Under the pieces are notes generated by a model. It was given only the letters and a program-made list of their open reading frames with translations, made no database searches and was not told where the DNA came from. From an uncultured Acidimicrobiia bacterium (GTDB taxonomy: Bacteria > Actinomycetota > Acidimicrobiia > IMCC26256 > JAENVU01): a DNA stretch of 64,000 nucleotides. The DNA lies in the NCBI GenBank assembly GCA_963770095.1, contig CAVYOO010000003.1, forward strand, positions 432,681 through 496,680, written 5' to 3'. A program made the position numbers and the translations under genes. Positions 1 through 9,828 of the stretch are shown here, piece by piece (positions within the stretch are counted from its first letter, which is position 1; each line of letters opens with the position of its first letter).

Positions 1-1
1 G

Positions 2-322
2 GATCGTCAGGCAGCCGAGGAGCTGGCCAACGGCTGGCGGAGGCTCGGCCTCTCCCGGGTCCCGCTCGAACTCGTCGACTGCCCCGACCGGCGCGTTGCC
101 CGCGCCGCGCTGGACGTGGTCGCGCGCGAGGTCGCCGACGGTAAGACCGAGGTGACGGTGCTGCTGCCGCACCGCCTCTACCGGCGGTTCTGGCACCGCC
201 TGCTCCATGACAACACGAGCGACGAGATCTCGACCGCGGTGAGCAAGCTCGAGCACGCCAACGTGACGATGGTGCCGTTCAACATGGATGAGCTCGTACA
301 CACGCCTGTACCGGGGGAATGA
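2..322 (+). CDS. APC-type permease paralog, C-terminal fragment (5' end outside window)
   Basis: Frame 2 is open from the window edge to TGA 320-322. Its tail (KTEVTVLLPHRLYRRFWHRLLHDN...VTMVPFNMDE) parallels the C-terminal cytosolic domain of the complete permease at 1914-3761 (NDIVTIVIPEFVVGSWWGQLLHNQ...VVTSVPYHVD). Confidence 0.55.
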   Translation, partial: DRQAAEELANGWRRLGLSRVPLELVDCPDRRVARAALDVVAREVADGKTEVTVLLPHRLYRRFWHRLLHDNTSDEISTAVSKLEHANVTMVPFNMDELVHTPVPGE

Positions 323-326
323 AGGC

Positions 327-641
327 GTGACCGACCCGTCGGGCGTCGCGCGGTCGGGCAACGGCGCCGCGCTTCCGATGACCCCCATCGGCGACGTCCG
401 GTGGAGGACCCGGACCCGGATCAAGGGCAAGGTTCGCTCGATCCGCGTGCAGCCGTGGGCCGACGTCGCGTCGCTCGAGTGCGTCGTGATGGACGAGACC
501 GGCGGCATCCTGCTCGTGTTCCTCGGTCGCCGGAAGGTGGCCGGGGTCGACCTCGGCCGGTCGCTCGTGGCCGAGGGGATGGTCGGGCAGTCGCGTGGTT
601 ACCTCGCGGTCCTGAACCCGGACATCGAGCTCATCGGGTGA
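327..641 (+). CDS. OB-fold nucleic-acid-binding domain protein (Rv2694c-like)
   Basis: ORF 288-641. Motif FLGRRKVAGVDLGRSLVAEG, typical of the small actinobacterial OB-fold proteins next to trkA loci. Start uncertain (GTG 327 or ATG 378; ATG 288 overlaps the upstream gene). Confidence 0.6.
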   Translation: MTDPSGVARSGNGAALPMTPIGDVRWRTRTRIKGKVRSIRVQPWADVASLECVVMDETGGILLVFLGRRKVAGVDLGRSLVAEGMVGQSRGYLAVLNPDIELIG

Positions 642-686
642 CGACGCGGCACTAGCCTCGCGACCGGGTCGGGAGGGAGGGTTGCC

Positions 687-1043
687 ATGGCGCTGAAGAA
701 GCTCGTCGACCGGTTCACGAAGTCCACGGAGGACAATGACCGGGAGCGTCTCGCGGCCTTCTGCGACGACCTCGACGTGACCCGCCTCGATGAGCTCCCG
801 TTGCGCGTGCCGGTCCGGTTCGGCGGCGAGATCACGTCGGTGCGGATCGTGCCGCGCGCCGGGGCACCCGCCCTCGAGGTCAACATCTCGGACGGGCGCG
901 GGTCCGTCGTCGCGGTCTTCCTGGGTCGTCGCCACATCGCGGCGATGTCGCCGGGTCGGCGACTCGAGGCGGAGGGCGTCGCGACGGCGCGTGGCCCGGA
1001 GCGTCTCGTCTACAACCCCTGGTACCGCTTCGTCCCGAAGTAG
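687..1043 (+). CDS. OB-fold nucleic-acid-binding domain protein, tandem paralog
   Basis: ORF 687-1043. Shares FLGRRHIAAMSPGRRLEAEG and the overall layout with the preceding ORF. Confidence 0.6.
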   Translation: MALKKLVDRFTKSTEDNDRERLAAFCDDLDVTRLDELPLRVPVRFGGEITSVRIVPRAGAPALEVNISDGRGSVVAVFLGRRHIAAMSPGRRLEAEGVATARGPERLVYNPWYRFVPK

Positions 1044-1112
1044 GGAGGGCGCCGGAGGGCGCCGGACGAGCGGCGCCCGGCATTCGCGCTGGAAGACCTC
1101 GGTGTGGAGGGG

Positions 1113-1783
1113 CTACTCCGCGCTCGAGCCGGTCAGCAGCTCGCGCATCTCGTCCTCGGAGTCCGGCGTCACGAGCGCGAGGACCTCGTCACCCACCTCG
1201 AAGAGTGTCTCGCCGCGTGGAACGACGAGGTGGTCCTCGCGGAGCAACGCGACGATCGTCGCCTCGCGCGGGATCGCGAGCTGCGCGATCGACTGGTCGA
1301 CGACGGGGGAGTCCGGCGCGAGCGTCACCTCGACGAGCCGGGCGAGGCCGTGTTCGAAGCGGAGGATCTCGACGAGCTTCCCGACGCTCACCGCCTCTTC
1401 GACCATCGCGGTGATCAGCTGCGGCGTCGAGACGAACACGTCGACACCCCAGTTCTCGCTGAACATCCATTCGTTCTTCGGGTGGTTGACCCGCGCGATC
1501 ACCCGTGGCATCCCGAACTCCTGCTTCGCGAGGAGGGAGACAACGAGATTGTCCTCGTCGTCGCCGGTCGCCGCGACCATCACGTCGCAGGCCTCGAGGT
1601 GGGCCTCCTTGAGGGAGGCCACCTCGCAGGCGTCGCCGACGTGCCACTCGATCCCGGCGTGAGTGGACGCGCGGGCGACGACGCCGCGGTTCTGCTCGAT
1701 CAGGAGCACCTCGTGACCCGACGCGCGAGGGCGTCGGCCACGTGGAGGCCCACATTCCCGGCACCGGCGATCGCGACCCGCAT
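1113..1783 (-). CDS. trkA: TrkA-type K+ uptake NAD-binding subunit, frameshifted as given
   Basis: The N-terminus MRVAIAGAGNVGLHVADALA (ATG at 1781-1783, minus strand) is in one frame. GHEVLLIEQNRG...RVNHPKNEW...TPDSEDEMRELL continues in ORF 1113-1847. The frame switches near 1719-1721 in a C/G run. Confidence 0.8.
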
Positions 1784-1913
1784 GGCGCGGAAACCTAGTG
1801 CTCGGGGCACCACGCAGGTCTACGGCGGGCGGGAGCGCACGTGCCAAGATGACGGCTGGGCTCCCACGGCTCTCAGAGAGCCGTCAGCAATCGGGGCGTT
1901 CGAAGCGAGGCAC

Positions 1914-3761
1914 GTGTCCGTCGTCAAACGGGTTCTGGTCGGTCGACCGATCTCCTCGGCCGACCAGGAACACCAGCGGCTCTCCAAGTCGATCGCATTG
2001 GCGGTCTTCTCGTCCGACGCGATCTCCTCCACCGCGTACGCGACGGAGGAGGTCCTCTTCGTCGTCGCGCTCGGCACGTCGAGCCTGCTCCTCGGCCTCG
2101 ACGTCCTCATCCCGATCGCGATCGCGGTGGCGGTGCTGCTCGCCGTCGTGGTCACGTCCTACCGCCAGACGATCTTCGCCTATCCCGGCGGGGGTGGGAG
2201 CTACGTCGTCAGTCGCGAGAACCTCGGGGAGACTCCGTCGCTGGTCGCCGGCGCCTCCATCCTCGTCGACTACATCCTCACGGTCGCGGTGTCGATCTCG
2301 GCGGGAGTCGCGGCCATCGTCTCGATTCCCGCGCTGCAGGGACTGCAGACCCATCGAGTCGAGCTGGGCCTCGCGCTGATCCTGCTCATCAGCGTCGGGA
2401 ACCTCCGTGGCCTCAAAGAATCGGGGCGCCTGTTCGCCGTGCCGACGTACTTCTACATCGCCATGGTGTCGCTGCTCATCGGGTACGGCCTGTACTCGAG
2501 CTTCACCGGCCAGATCGGCCTGGTGCCCTTCGATTCGGCCAAGGCAGCCAATGGTCTGGCGCAGGCCGGCGGGTCGCTCTCGATCTTCCTCATCCTCAAG
2601 GGCTTCTCGTCGGGCGCGGTCGCCCTCACCGGCATCGAGGCCATCTCCGACGGCGTACCCGCGTTCAAGAAGCCGGAGTCGAAGAACGCAGCCAAGACGC
2701 TCGTCTGGATGGCGATCATCCTCGGCACGCTCTTCTTCGGGGTCTCCCTGCTCGCGCACCGGCTGCATCCGTACCCGAGCGAAGAGCAGACGGTCTTCTC
2801 CCAGATGGGCCTGTTGGTGTTCGGGAGCGGGCCGATCTACCTGGCCCTCCAGATCGCGACCGCGGCGATCCTGACCCTGGCGGCCAACACCGCCTACGCC
2901 GACTTCCCCCGCCTGTCCTCGATCATCGCCCGGGACGGCTTCCTGCCCCGCCAGCTCGCGAACCGGGGCGACCGGCTGGTGTTCTCGAACGGCGTGATCG
3001 TCCTCGCCGGCGCGTCGTCGCTCCTCATCATCGCCTTCGGGGGCATCACCACGGCCCTGATCCCGCTGTACGCGGTCGGCGTCTTCATGTCGTTCACGTT
3101 GTCGCAGCTCGGCATGGTGGTGTTCCACCGCCGGGAGCAGCGGCCCGGATACAAGCGACGCATGTGGGTGAGCGGGTTCGGCTCGCTCATGACGTTCGTC
3201 GTCTTGCTGATCGTCGCGGCCACGAAGTTCACGAGCGGCGCCTGGGTTCCGATCGTCGTGATCCCGCTGATCATCTTGCTGTTCAAGTCGATCCACCGGC
3301 ACTACACGACCGTGGCGAAGGGCCTCGCGGTGACGCCGGAGTTCCGGGTCCGGAAGATGAACCACACCGTCGTGGTGCTGGTGGGATCGATCCACAAGGG
3401 CGTGCTGGAGGCGCTGGCCTACTCGAAGTCGTTGCGCCCGAACCGCCTCGTCGCCCTGTCGGTGGTCTCCGACGAGGAGGAGCAGGCCAAGATCGAGTCG
3501 GCCTGGTTGGAGTACCAGATGGACATCCCGCTGGAGATCCTCTACTCGCCCTACCGGGAGCTGGCGCGCCCGGTGCTGCGCTACGTGGACGAGCTCGACG
3601 CCCAACGGGACAACGACATCGTGACGATCGTGATCCCGGAGTTCGTCGTGGGCTCCTGGTGGGGACAGCTCCTCCACAACCAGAGCGCCCTCTTCCTGAA
3701 GGGCCGGCTGCTCTTCCGCAAGAACACGGTGGTGACCTCCGTGCCGTACCACGTCGACTGA
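1914..3761 (+). CDS. APC-family (amino acid/polyamine-type) permease with C-terminal cytosolic domain (Rv2690c-like)
   Basis: In-frame GTG 1914 (VSVVKRVLVGRPISSADQEHQRLSK...), about 12 predicted TM segments and a soluble tail. The upstream part of ORF 1104-3761 is the antisense shadow of trkA. Confidence 0.8.
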   Translation: MSVVKRVLVGRPISSADQEHQRLSKSIALAVFSSDAISSTAYATEEVLFVVALGTSSLLLGLDVLIPIAIAVAVLLAVVVTSYRQTIFAYPGGGGSYVVSRENLGETPSLVAGASILVDYILTVAVSISAGVAAIVSIPALQGLQTHRVELGLALILLISVGNLRGLKESGRLFAVPTYFYIAMVSLLIGYGLYSSFTGQIGLVPFDSAKAANGLAQAGGSLSIFLILKGFSSGAVALTGIEAISDGVPAFKKPESKNAAKTLVWMAIILGTLFFGVSLLAHRLHPYPSEEQTVFSQMGLLVFGSGPIYLALQIATAAILTLAANTAYADFPRLSSIIARDGFLPRQLANRGDRLVFSNGVIVLAGASSLLIIAFGGITTALIPLYAVGVFMSFTLSQLGMVVFHRREQRPGYKRRMWVSGFGSLMTFVVLLIVAATKFTSGAWVPIVVIPLIILLFKSIHRHYTTVAKGLAVTPEFRVRKMNHTVVVLVGSIHKGVLEALAYSKSLRPNRLVALSVVSDEEEQAKIESAWLEYQMDIPLEILYSPYRELARPVLRYVDELDAQRDNDIVTIVIPEFVVGSWWGQLLHNQSALFLKGRLLFRKNTVVTSVPYHVD

Positions 3762-3911
3762 CGGGGTCCGCCCCGACGGTTGGGCACTCCCGGCGGGGGC
3801 TGTCTAGAGTGTCTCCCTCGTGACGGTCCCCGAGCATCTCGTGGACCGGATCGTTCCCCGGGGCACATCATCCGCGCGCCCTGAGACGACGCTGAAGGAG
3901 ATCGACGCTCG

Positions 3912-6284
3912 ATGAACCTCGTCCTCGCGGCCGAAGGTGGTTACCAGGTCTTCGAACTGGGCGGGAGTGAGTGGTTCTGGCTCATCTTCTCCGCCGCGAC
4001 CGCGCTGCTGGCGATCGCCGTTGGCTTCTTCCTCATGAAGGGTGTGCTCGCGGCCGAGACCGGCACCCCCACGATGGTCGATATCGCCCTGTCGATCCAA
4101 GAGGGCGCCATGGCGTACCTCAAGCGCCAGTTCAAGACGATCGCGGTGATCCTGATCCCACTCGCGATCATCGTGTTCGCGACCGCCACCGAGGTGCTGA
4201 AGCCCGAGGCGTTCAGCGGTGGCTCCTCCGGTCTGACGTTCGTGCAGTCCGGGCTCTTCCGGACGCTCGCCTTCATCGGTGGCTGCGTCATGTCCGGCCT
4301 CACCGGGTTCATCGGCATGAGCCTCGCGGTGCGTGGGAACGTCCGCACCGCCGCGGCCGCCAAGGCCGGATCGCTGCCCGCCGCACTGAAGGTCGCGTTC
4401 CGCACCGGTGGCGTCGCCGGCATGTTCACCGTCGGGCTGGGCCTGCTCGGCGCAACGATCATCATCATGATCTTCCAGAACACCGCTTCCGCGATCCTCA
4501 TCGGGTTCGGGTTCGGTGGCTCACTGCTCGCCTTGTTCCTGCGCGTCGGTGGCGGCATCTTCACGAAGGCGGCCGACGTCGGCGCCGACCTCGTTGGCAA
4601 GGTCGAGGCGGGGATCCCCGAGGACGACCCGCGCAACCCGGCCACGATCGCCGACAACGTGGGCGACAACGTCGGCGACTGCGCCGGCATGGCGGCCGAC
4701 CTCTTCGAGAGCTACGAGGTCACGCTGGTCGCGTCGATCATCCTCGGTGTCGCCGCATTCGCGTCGATCGGCATGAACCCCGCGCTCGGTGTGATCTTCC
4801 CGCTCGCGGCCCGGGCCATCGGCGTGCTCGCGTCGATTGTCGGCGTGTTCGCCGTGCGCGCCACGGACAAGGACAAGTCGGCGATGGCGCCGATCAACCG
4901 CGGTTTCCTCACCGCCAGCGTCCTCACGGTCATCGGCACCGCGATCGTCGCGTTCGCCTACGTCGGCAACGACAAGGCCGACGCCGGTTGGAAGTGCTTC
5001 GGCGCCGTCGTCGTGGGCCTCATCCTCGCCCAGGCGCTGAGCCGCCTCACCGAGTACTTCACCTCCACCGAGACCGCACCGGTTCGGGAGATCGCGGAAG
5101 CGTCCCGCACCGGCCCGGCCACCGTCGTGCTCTCCGGCATCAGCTCCGGTCTCGAATCGAGCGTCTACGCCATCCTCGCGATCTGCATCGCGCTCGGTGT
5201 GGCGATCGGCATGGGTGACGGCAACATCCAGTTCACCTTCTACCTCGTGGCCCTCACCGGCATGGGCATGTTGGCCACCACCGGCGTCGTCGTCTCCGAG
5301 GACACGTTCGGTCCCGTCGCCGACAACGCGGCCGGCATCGCCGAGATGTCGGGCGAGTTCGAAGGCGAACCCGAACGGATCATGGTGAGCCTCGACGCGG
5401 TGGGCAACACCACCAAGGCCGTCACCAAGGGCTTCGCCATCGGGTCCGCGGTCATCGCGTCCGTTGCCCTGTTCGCATCGTTCGTGGAGACCGCGGGCAG
5501 CGAGCTCGGTCTCACCGGTCCCGACGGACGCCCGCTCCTCGGCAACCGGCTGTTCAACGCCGCCGCATCGCAGATCAACGTGGCGAGCCCCAAGGTCTTC
5601 ATCGGCCTCCTCATCGGTGGTTCGGTGTCCTTCCTCTTCTCGGCGCTCGCCATCCGCGCCGTCGGCCGTACCGCCGGCGTCGTGGTCCAGGAGGTCCGCA
5701 GCCAGTTCGCGGACGGCGGGATCATGGCCGGCACCAAGAAGCCCGACTACGGACCGGTCATCGACATCTGCACCGCCGCGTCACTGCGCGAGCTCGCAAC
5801 CCCCGCGTTGCTCGCGGTGCTCACGCCCGTCATCGTCGGCTTCGGCATCAACTACGTCGCGCTCGGTGCGTTCCTCGCGGGCGTGATCCTCACCGGCCAG
5901 CTGATGGCGAACTTCCTCAGCAACTCCGGTGGCGCGTGGGACAACGCGAAGAAGTACATCGAGGACGGCAACGAGGGCGGTAAGGGCTCCGAGGCCCACC
6001 ACGCGGCCGTCATCGGTGACACCGTCGGTGACCCGTTCAAGGACACTGCCGGGCCGGCGTTGAACCCGCTCATCAAGGTGATGAACCTCGTCTCCCTGCT
6101 GATCCTCCCGGCGGTCATCAGCCTGCGCAGCGACGACGTCCGCTTTGTCATCGCCGGTGCTGCACTGGTGGTGCTGATCGGCGCAGTGGCCTTCTCCAAG
6201 CGCAAGGGTGGCGCGTTCGCCGAGGAGTCCGAGCAGTTCGTGGCGGCCGAGTCCCAGACCGGCCAAAGCGGCACCGCGTACTGA
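3912..6284 (+). CDS. hppA: Membrane-bound proton-translocating pyrophosphatase, K+-independent signature
   Basis: Uninterrupted 790 aa ORF with GAAGGAG Shine-Dalgarno. PPase motifs [37 protein letters not shown] and [21 protein letters not shown]. Confidence 0.93.
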   Translation: MNLVLAAEGGYQVFELGGSEWFWLIFSAATALLAIAVGFFLMKGVLAAETGTPTMVDIALSIQEGAMAYLKRQFKTIAVILIPLAIIVFATATEVLKPEAFSGGSSGLTFVQSGLFRTLAFIGGCVMSGLTGFIGMSLAVRGNVRTAAAAKAGSLPAALKVAFRTGGVAGMFTVGLGLLGATIIIMIFQNTASAILIGFGFGGSLLALFLRVGGGIFTKAADVGADLVGKVEAGIPEDDPRNPATIADNVGDNVGDCAGMAADLFESYEVTLVASIILGVAAFASIGMNPALGVIFPLAARAIGVLASIVGVFAVRATDKDKSAMAPINRGFLTASVLTVIGTAIVAFAYVGNDKADAGWKCFGAVVVGLILAQALSRLTEYFTSTETAPVREIAEASRTGPATVVLSGISSGLESSVYAILAICIALGVAIGMGDGNIQFTFYLVALTGMGMLATTGVVVSEDTFGPVADNAAGIAEMSGEFEGEPERIMVSLDAVGNTTKAVTKGFAIGSAVIASVALFASFVETAGSELGLTGPDGRPLLGNRLFNAAASQINVASPKVFIGLLIGGSVSFLFSALAIRAVGRTAGVVVQEVRSQFADGGIMAGTKKPDYGPVIDICTAASLRELATPALLAVLTPVIVGFGINYVALGAFLAGVILTGQLMANFLSNSGGAWDNAKKYIEDGNEGGKGSEAHHAAVIGDTVGDPFKDTAGPALNPLIKVMNLVSLLILPAVISLRSDDVRFVIAGAALVVLIGAVAFSKRKGGAFAEESEQFVAAESQTGQSGTAY

Positions 6285-6294
6285 TCGGGCGTTG

Positions 6295-7050
6295 ATGGAA
6301 GAGCGCCCGTCTCCGATCGCTTACGCGATCGGCGGGCTGCTCCCCATCGCAGTGGCGGGAGCCATGGTCGGGCTCCGCGGCGAGGTCGACAACGCGAACG
6401 TGGTGCTGGTGCTGGTGCTGGTCGTCGTCGGGACGGCCGCGTTCGGCGGCCGGGGTCCGGCGGCACTCAGCGCGGTGCTCTCCGCGGTGTCGTTCCAGTT
6501 CTTCTTCACCAAGCCGTACTACTCGTTGCGGGTCGACGACTCGAACGACGTCGAGACGATCGTGATCCTGCTGGCGATCGGTCTCGCGGTCGGCCAGATC
6601 GCGGTGTACGCCCGGCGCAGCCGGCGCCAGGCGAGCCGCGGCCGCGACGAGCTCACGAGCATGCGCCGGGTGGCGGAGCGGGTGGCGGGCGGCGCGGGAG
6701 ACCGCGAGCTGATCGACCTCACGGTCTCCGAGGTCGCCGCACTGATGCACCTGGTGGGCTGCCGGTTCGAGATCGAGGCGACGGGCCCGACGCTGCCGAT
6801 CCTGGAGCGGTCGGGCCGCATCGAGAGCCCGTACCGCCGCGTCGGACCCGACGGCGAGCTCGCGCTGCCGCCGCTCGGCGCGCGGCTACCGGTGGTGGGC
6901 GGTGGTCGCCAGATCGGCTCGCTGGTGCTCGAACCCGATCCCGCGATCGGCGTCTCGCTCGAAGCCCGGCTCGTCGCCGTTGCGCTTGCGGATCAGCTCG
7001 GCGCGGCGCTCGCGCACCCGCCTCGTCAAGAGGCCGACGCCCCGCGCTAG
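6295..7050 (+). CDS. DUF4118 membrane domain plus GAF-like C-terminal domain; kinase-less KdpD-like protein
   Basis: ATG 6295. The TM block with [34 protein letters not shown] resembles the KdpD membrane domain (compare FFFTPPVHTFTIAEGENLLALVVFLVV in kdpD at about 13930). No HisKA/HATPase segment. Confidence 0.75.
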   Translation: MEERPSPIAYAIGGLLPIAVAGAMVGLRGEVDNANVVLVLVLVVVGTAAFGGRGPAALSAVLSAVSFQFFFTKPYYSLRVDDSNDVETIVILLAIGLAVGQIAVYARRSRRQASRGRDELTSMRRVAERVAGGAGDRELIDLTVSEVAALMHLVGCRFEIEATGPTLPILERSGRIESPYRRVGPDGELALPPLGARLPVVGGGRQIGSLVLEPDPAIGVSLEARLVAVALADQLGAALAHPPRQEADAPR

Positions 7051-7101
7051 GAACGCGTCAGGGCCGTTCCCAACGCCGATCCATCGGCGTACAACCGAGT
7101 C

Positions 7102-7866
7102 GTGGATGACGACCAGACGACCCGGCGCAGCGCAACTGACAGAGTCTCCCCTCTGGCTTGGTTCGTGGCGCTCGCCGGGCCGGTCGTCGTCTCGGCTGCG
7201 CTCATTCCGTTGCGCAGCGAGATCAGAGCGTCCAACGCCTCCCTGGTGTTGGTCCTGGTGGTGGTTCTCGCCGCGGTGCTGGGCGGACGGGTCGGCGGAG
7301 CCACGGCGGCCGTCATGTCTGCACTGTCGTTCGACTTCTTTCTGACTCGTCCCTACTACTCGTTCACGATCGACGCACGCGACGACATTGAGACTGCGGT
7401 GCTTTTGCTCGTGGTCGGGCTCGTGGTTGGAGAGCTCGTCGTGCGGACGCGACGGAGCCAGACGCAGGCCGCGGTCAGTCGGGCCGAAGTCGTACGCGTC
7501 CGCCGGCTCTCCGAGCTCGCAGCCGGGGGTGAGCCTGCGGGCCGATTGATCGGCATCGTGCAGGGCGAGATCACAACTCTGCTCGACGTGCACGACTCGC
7601 GTTTCGAGCCGTTGCCGTTCCGTGGGGACTACCCCGAGATCACGCATCAAGGGGTGCGAATCCCCGGCACCGAGCGTCCCGCCACGGCGCTGTCGGACGG
7701 TCTCGTCTCACTTCCCGTCTACGGCGCGGGTCGGCCGGTCGGCCGGTTCGTGCTGCAGCTCGGGCCGGGCGCGACGGGAATCGAGATCCCGTCCGAGGAC
7801 CGGGCCCTCGCAGTGGCGCTCACCGATCAGCTTGGCACCGTGCTCGCCGCCGAAGTTCAGAACTGA
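7102..7866 (+). CDS. DUF4118 membrane domain plus GAF-like domain, tandem paralog
   Basis: GTG 7102. [34 protein letters not shown], same architecture as 6295-7050. Confidence 0.75.
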   Translation: MDDDQTTRRSATDRVSPLAWFVALAGPVVVSAALIPLRSEIRASNASLVLVLVVVLAAVLGGRVGGATAAVMSALSFDFFLTRPYYSFTIDARDDIETAVLLLVVGLVVGELVVRTRRSQTQAAVSRAEVVRVRRLSELAAGGEPAGRLIGIVQGEITTLLDVHDSRFEPLPFRGDYPEITHQGVRIPGTERPATALSDGLVSLPVYGAGRPVGRFVLQLGPGATGIEIPSEDRALAVALTDQLGTVLAAEVQN

Positions 7867-7879
7867 CTCAGGAGAAGCA

Positions 7880-8020
7880 ATGGCAGACATGGTCTTCCTT
7901 GTCGCGGCGATCGTCGGGTTCTTCGCCCTGGGTGCCGCGTTCGTCGCCGGCTGCGACCGCATCGTGCGCAGTGGTGACGACGCTTCGCACCCCGCCACCA
8001 CAACGGAAGTGTCGTCGTGA
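7880..8020 (+). CDS. Small (46 aa) single-TM protein immediately upstream of kdpF
   Basis: AGGAG 5 nt upstream of ATG 7880. [25 protein letters not shown]... has high GC3. Its TGA (8018-8020) overlaps the kdpF GTG (8017). Confidence 0.5.
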   Translation: MADMVFLVAAIVGFFALGAAFVAGCDRIVRSGDDASHPATTTEVSS

Positions 8021-8106
8021 GCGCCGAGAATCTCATTGCACTGATCCTCTCGATGCTGCTGGCCGTCTATCTGGTCGCGGCCTTCCTCGTCCCGGAAAAG
8101 TTCTGA
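8017..8106 (+). CDS. kdpF: K+-transporting ATPase subunit F
   Basis: 29 aa [29 protein letters not shown], with the typical KdpF hydrophobic helix and PEKF end. Stop overlaps the kdpA ATG (TGATG). Confidence 0.8.
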   Translation: MSAENLIALILSMLLAVYLVAAFLVPEKF

Positions 8107-9819
8107 TGAGCGGCGCGGCGTGGGCACAGCTCGCACTGCTCGTCGCCTTGCTCGCGCTCTCGATCCCATTCCTCGGCGGGTACATGGCCAAGGTCTACGG
8201 CGGTGACCCGGCGCCGGGTGATCGAGTGTTCCTGCCCCTCGAACGGCTGATCTACAGGATCTGCCGGGTGGATCCGGGCCAGGAGCAGCGCTGGACCGTC
8301 TACGCGTTCTCGGTCCTGGCGTTCGGCGTCGTGGGCGTTGTCGCGCTGTACACGATGCAGCGGTTCCAGGCCGCGCTGCCGCTCAACCCCACCGGCGCGC
8401 CGAGGGTCGGCGAGGCCCTGTCGTTCAACACGGCCACGAGCTTCGTCACGAACACGAACTGGCAGAGCTATTCCCCCGAGTCGACGCTCAGCAACTTCAC
8501 CCAGATGGTCGGGTTGACCGTCCAGAACTTCGTCTCGGCCGCGGCGGGCATGGCCGTCATGGTCGCCCTCATCCGCGGACTCGCGCGGCGCCGGGCCAAC
8601 ACGATCGGCAACTTCTGGGTCGATCTCACGCGCACGACGCTGAGGATCCTGCTGCCGCTCGCGTTCGTGGGCACGCTGGTCTACGTCAGCACAGGGGTGG
8701 TGCAGAACCTGCACGGCTTCGAGATCGTGAAGACCCTCGAAGGTCGGACGCAGGTGATCCCGGGCGGGCCGAACGCCAGCCAGGAGATCATCAAGATGGT
8801 CGGGACGAACGGCGGCGGGTTCTTCAACGTCAACTCGGCACACCCGTTCTCGAACCCGAACGGGTTCTCGGACCTGTTCGGTCTGTTCCTCATCCTGGTG
8901 ATCCCGTTCTCGCTCACCTACACCTACGGGAAGATGGTCGGGCAGCAGCGCCAGGGCTGGGTGCTGCTCGCCGTGATGGTCGTGATCTGGGCGCTCGTCG
9001 TCGGGCTCACCACGATGTTCGAGCTCGACGGCAACCCGAAGCTCGATGCGCTCAAGGTCGATCAATCGACGACGCAGACATCGCCCGGCGGCAACTTCGA
9101 GGGCAAGGACATCCGCTTCGGTACGCCGGCGTCCGCCATGTGGGCCGCGTCGACGACGGGAACGTCGAACGGTTCGGTCAACGCCATGCACGACTCCTTC
9201 ACCCCGCTCGGCGGGATGATGCTCCTGCTGCACATGCAGCTCGGTGAAGTCAGTCCCGGTGGCGTCGGCGTCGGCATGAACGGGATGCTCGTCCTCGCAC
9301 TCCTGGCGGTCTTCATCGCCGGGCTCATGGTCGGGCGCACGCCCGAGTACCTCGGCAAGAAGATCCAGGCGAGCGAGGTCAAGCTCGTCGTCGTCTACAT
9401 CCTCGCGATGCCCGTCGCGGTCCTCGTCGGTGCCGGCATCGCCATCGTCACTCCGACGGTCCTGGACGTCTCCATCTTCAACCCGGGTCCGCACGGGTTC
9501 AGCGAGATCCTCTACGCGTTCACCTCCGCCGGGAACAACAACGGGTCCGCCTTCGCCGGGATCACCGCGAACACGCAGTGGATGAACACCGCACTCGGCA
9601 TCGCGATGCTCGTCGGGCGCTACTTCCTCATCATCCCGACACTCGCGCATCGCGGGCGCGCTGGCCAAGAAGGACAAGGTCCCGGCATCGGCCGGGACGT
9701 TCCCGACGGACACGCCCCTCTTCGCCGGCCTGCTGTTCGGCGTGATCCTCGTGGTGGCCGGCCTCACGTTCTTCCCCGCCCTCGCGCTCGGCCCCGTCGT
9801 CGAGCAGCTCGGGATCTAG
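8106..9819 (+). pseudogene. kdpA: K+-transporting ATPase subunit A, one frameshift near the 3' end
   Basis: [33 protein letters not shown]... is intact to about 9648. The conserved C-terminus [56 protein letters not shown] is in the next frame (extra c in ctcgcg-c-atcgcg). Confidence 0.85.
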
Positions 9820-9828
9820 GAGACCGAG

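Noticed and set aside
1884-3752. Very long minus-strand ORFs with Arg/Gly/Pro/Asp-rich translations that overlap clear plus-strand genes: 1884-3752, 8067-9767, 9631-11595, 17130-19370, 38349-39776, 45604-47211, 49165-51894, 56347-57846 and others.
   Set aside because: These are typical shadow ORFs of high-GC DNA. They have no recognisable motifs and low-complexity composition, and each is fully antisense or out of frame to a gene with strong homology.
7867-7879. A c-di-AMP (ydaO-type) or other riboswitch controlling kdp.
   Set aside because: The gaps hppA-DUF4118 (10 nt), DUF4118-DUF4118 (51 nt) and DUF4118-small ORF (13 nt) are too short. The 150-nt leader before hppA (3762-3911) showed no recognisable riboswitch core by eye.
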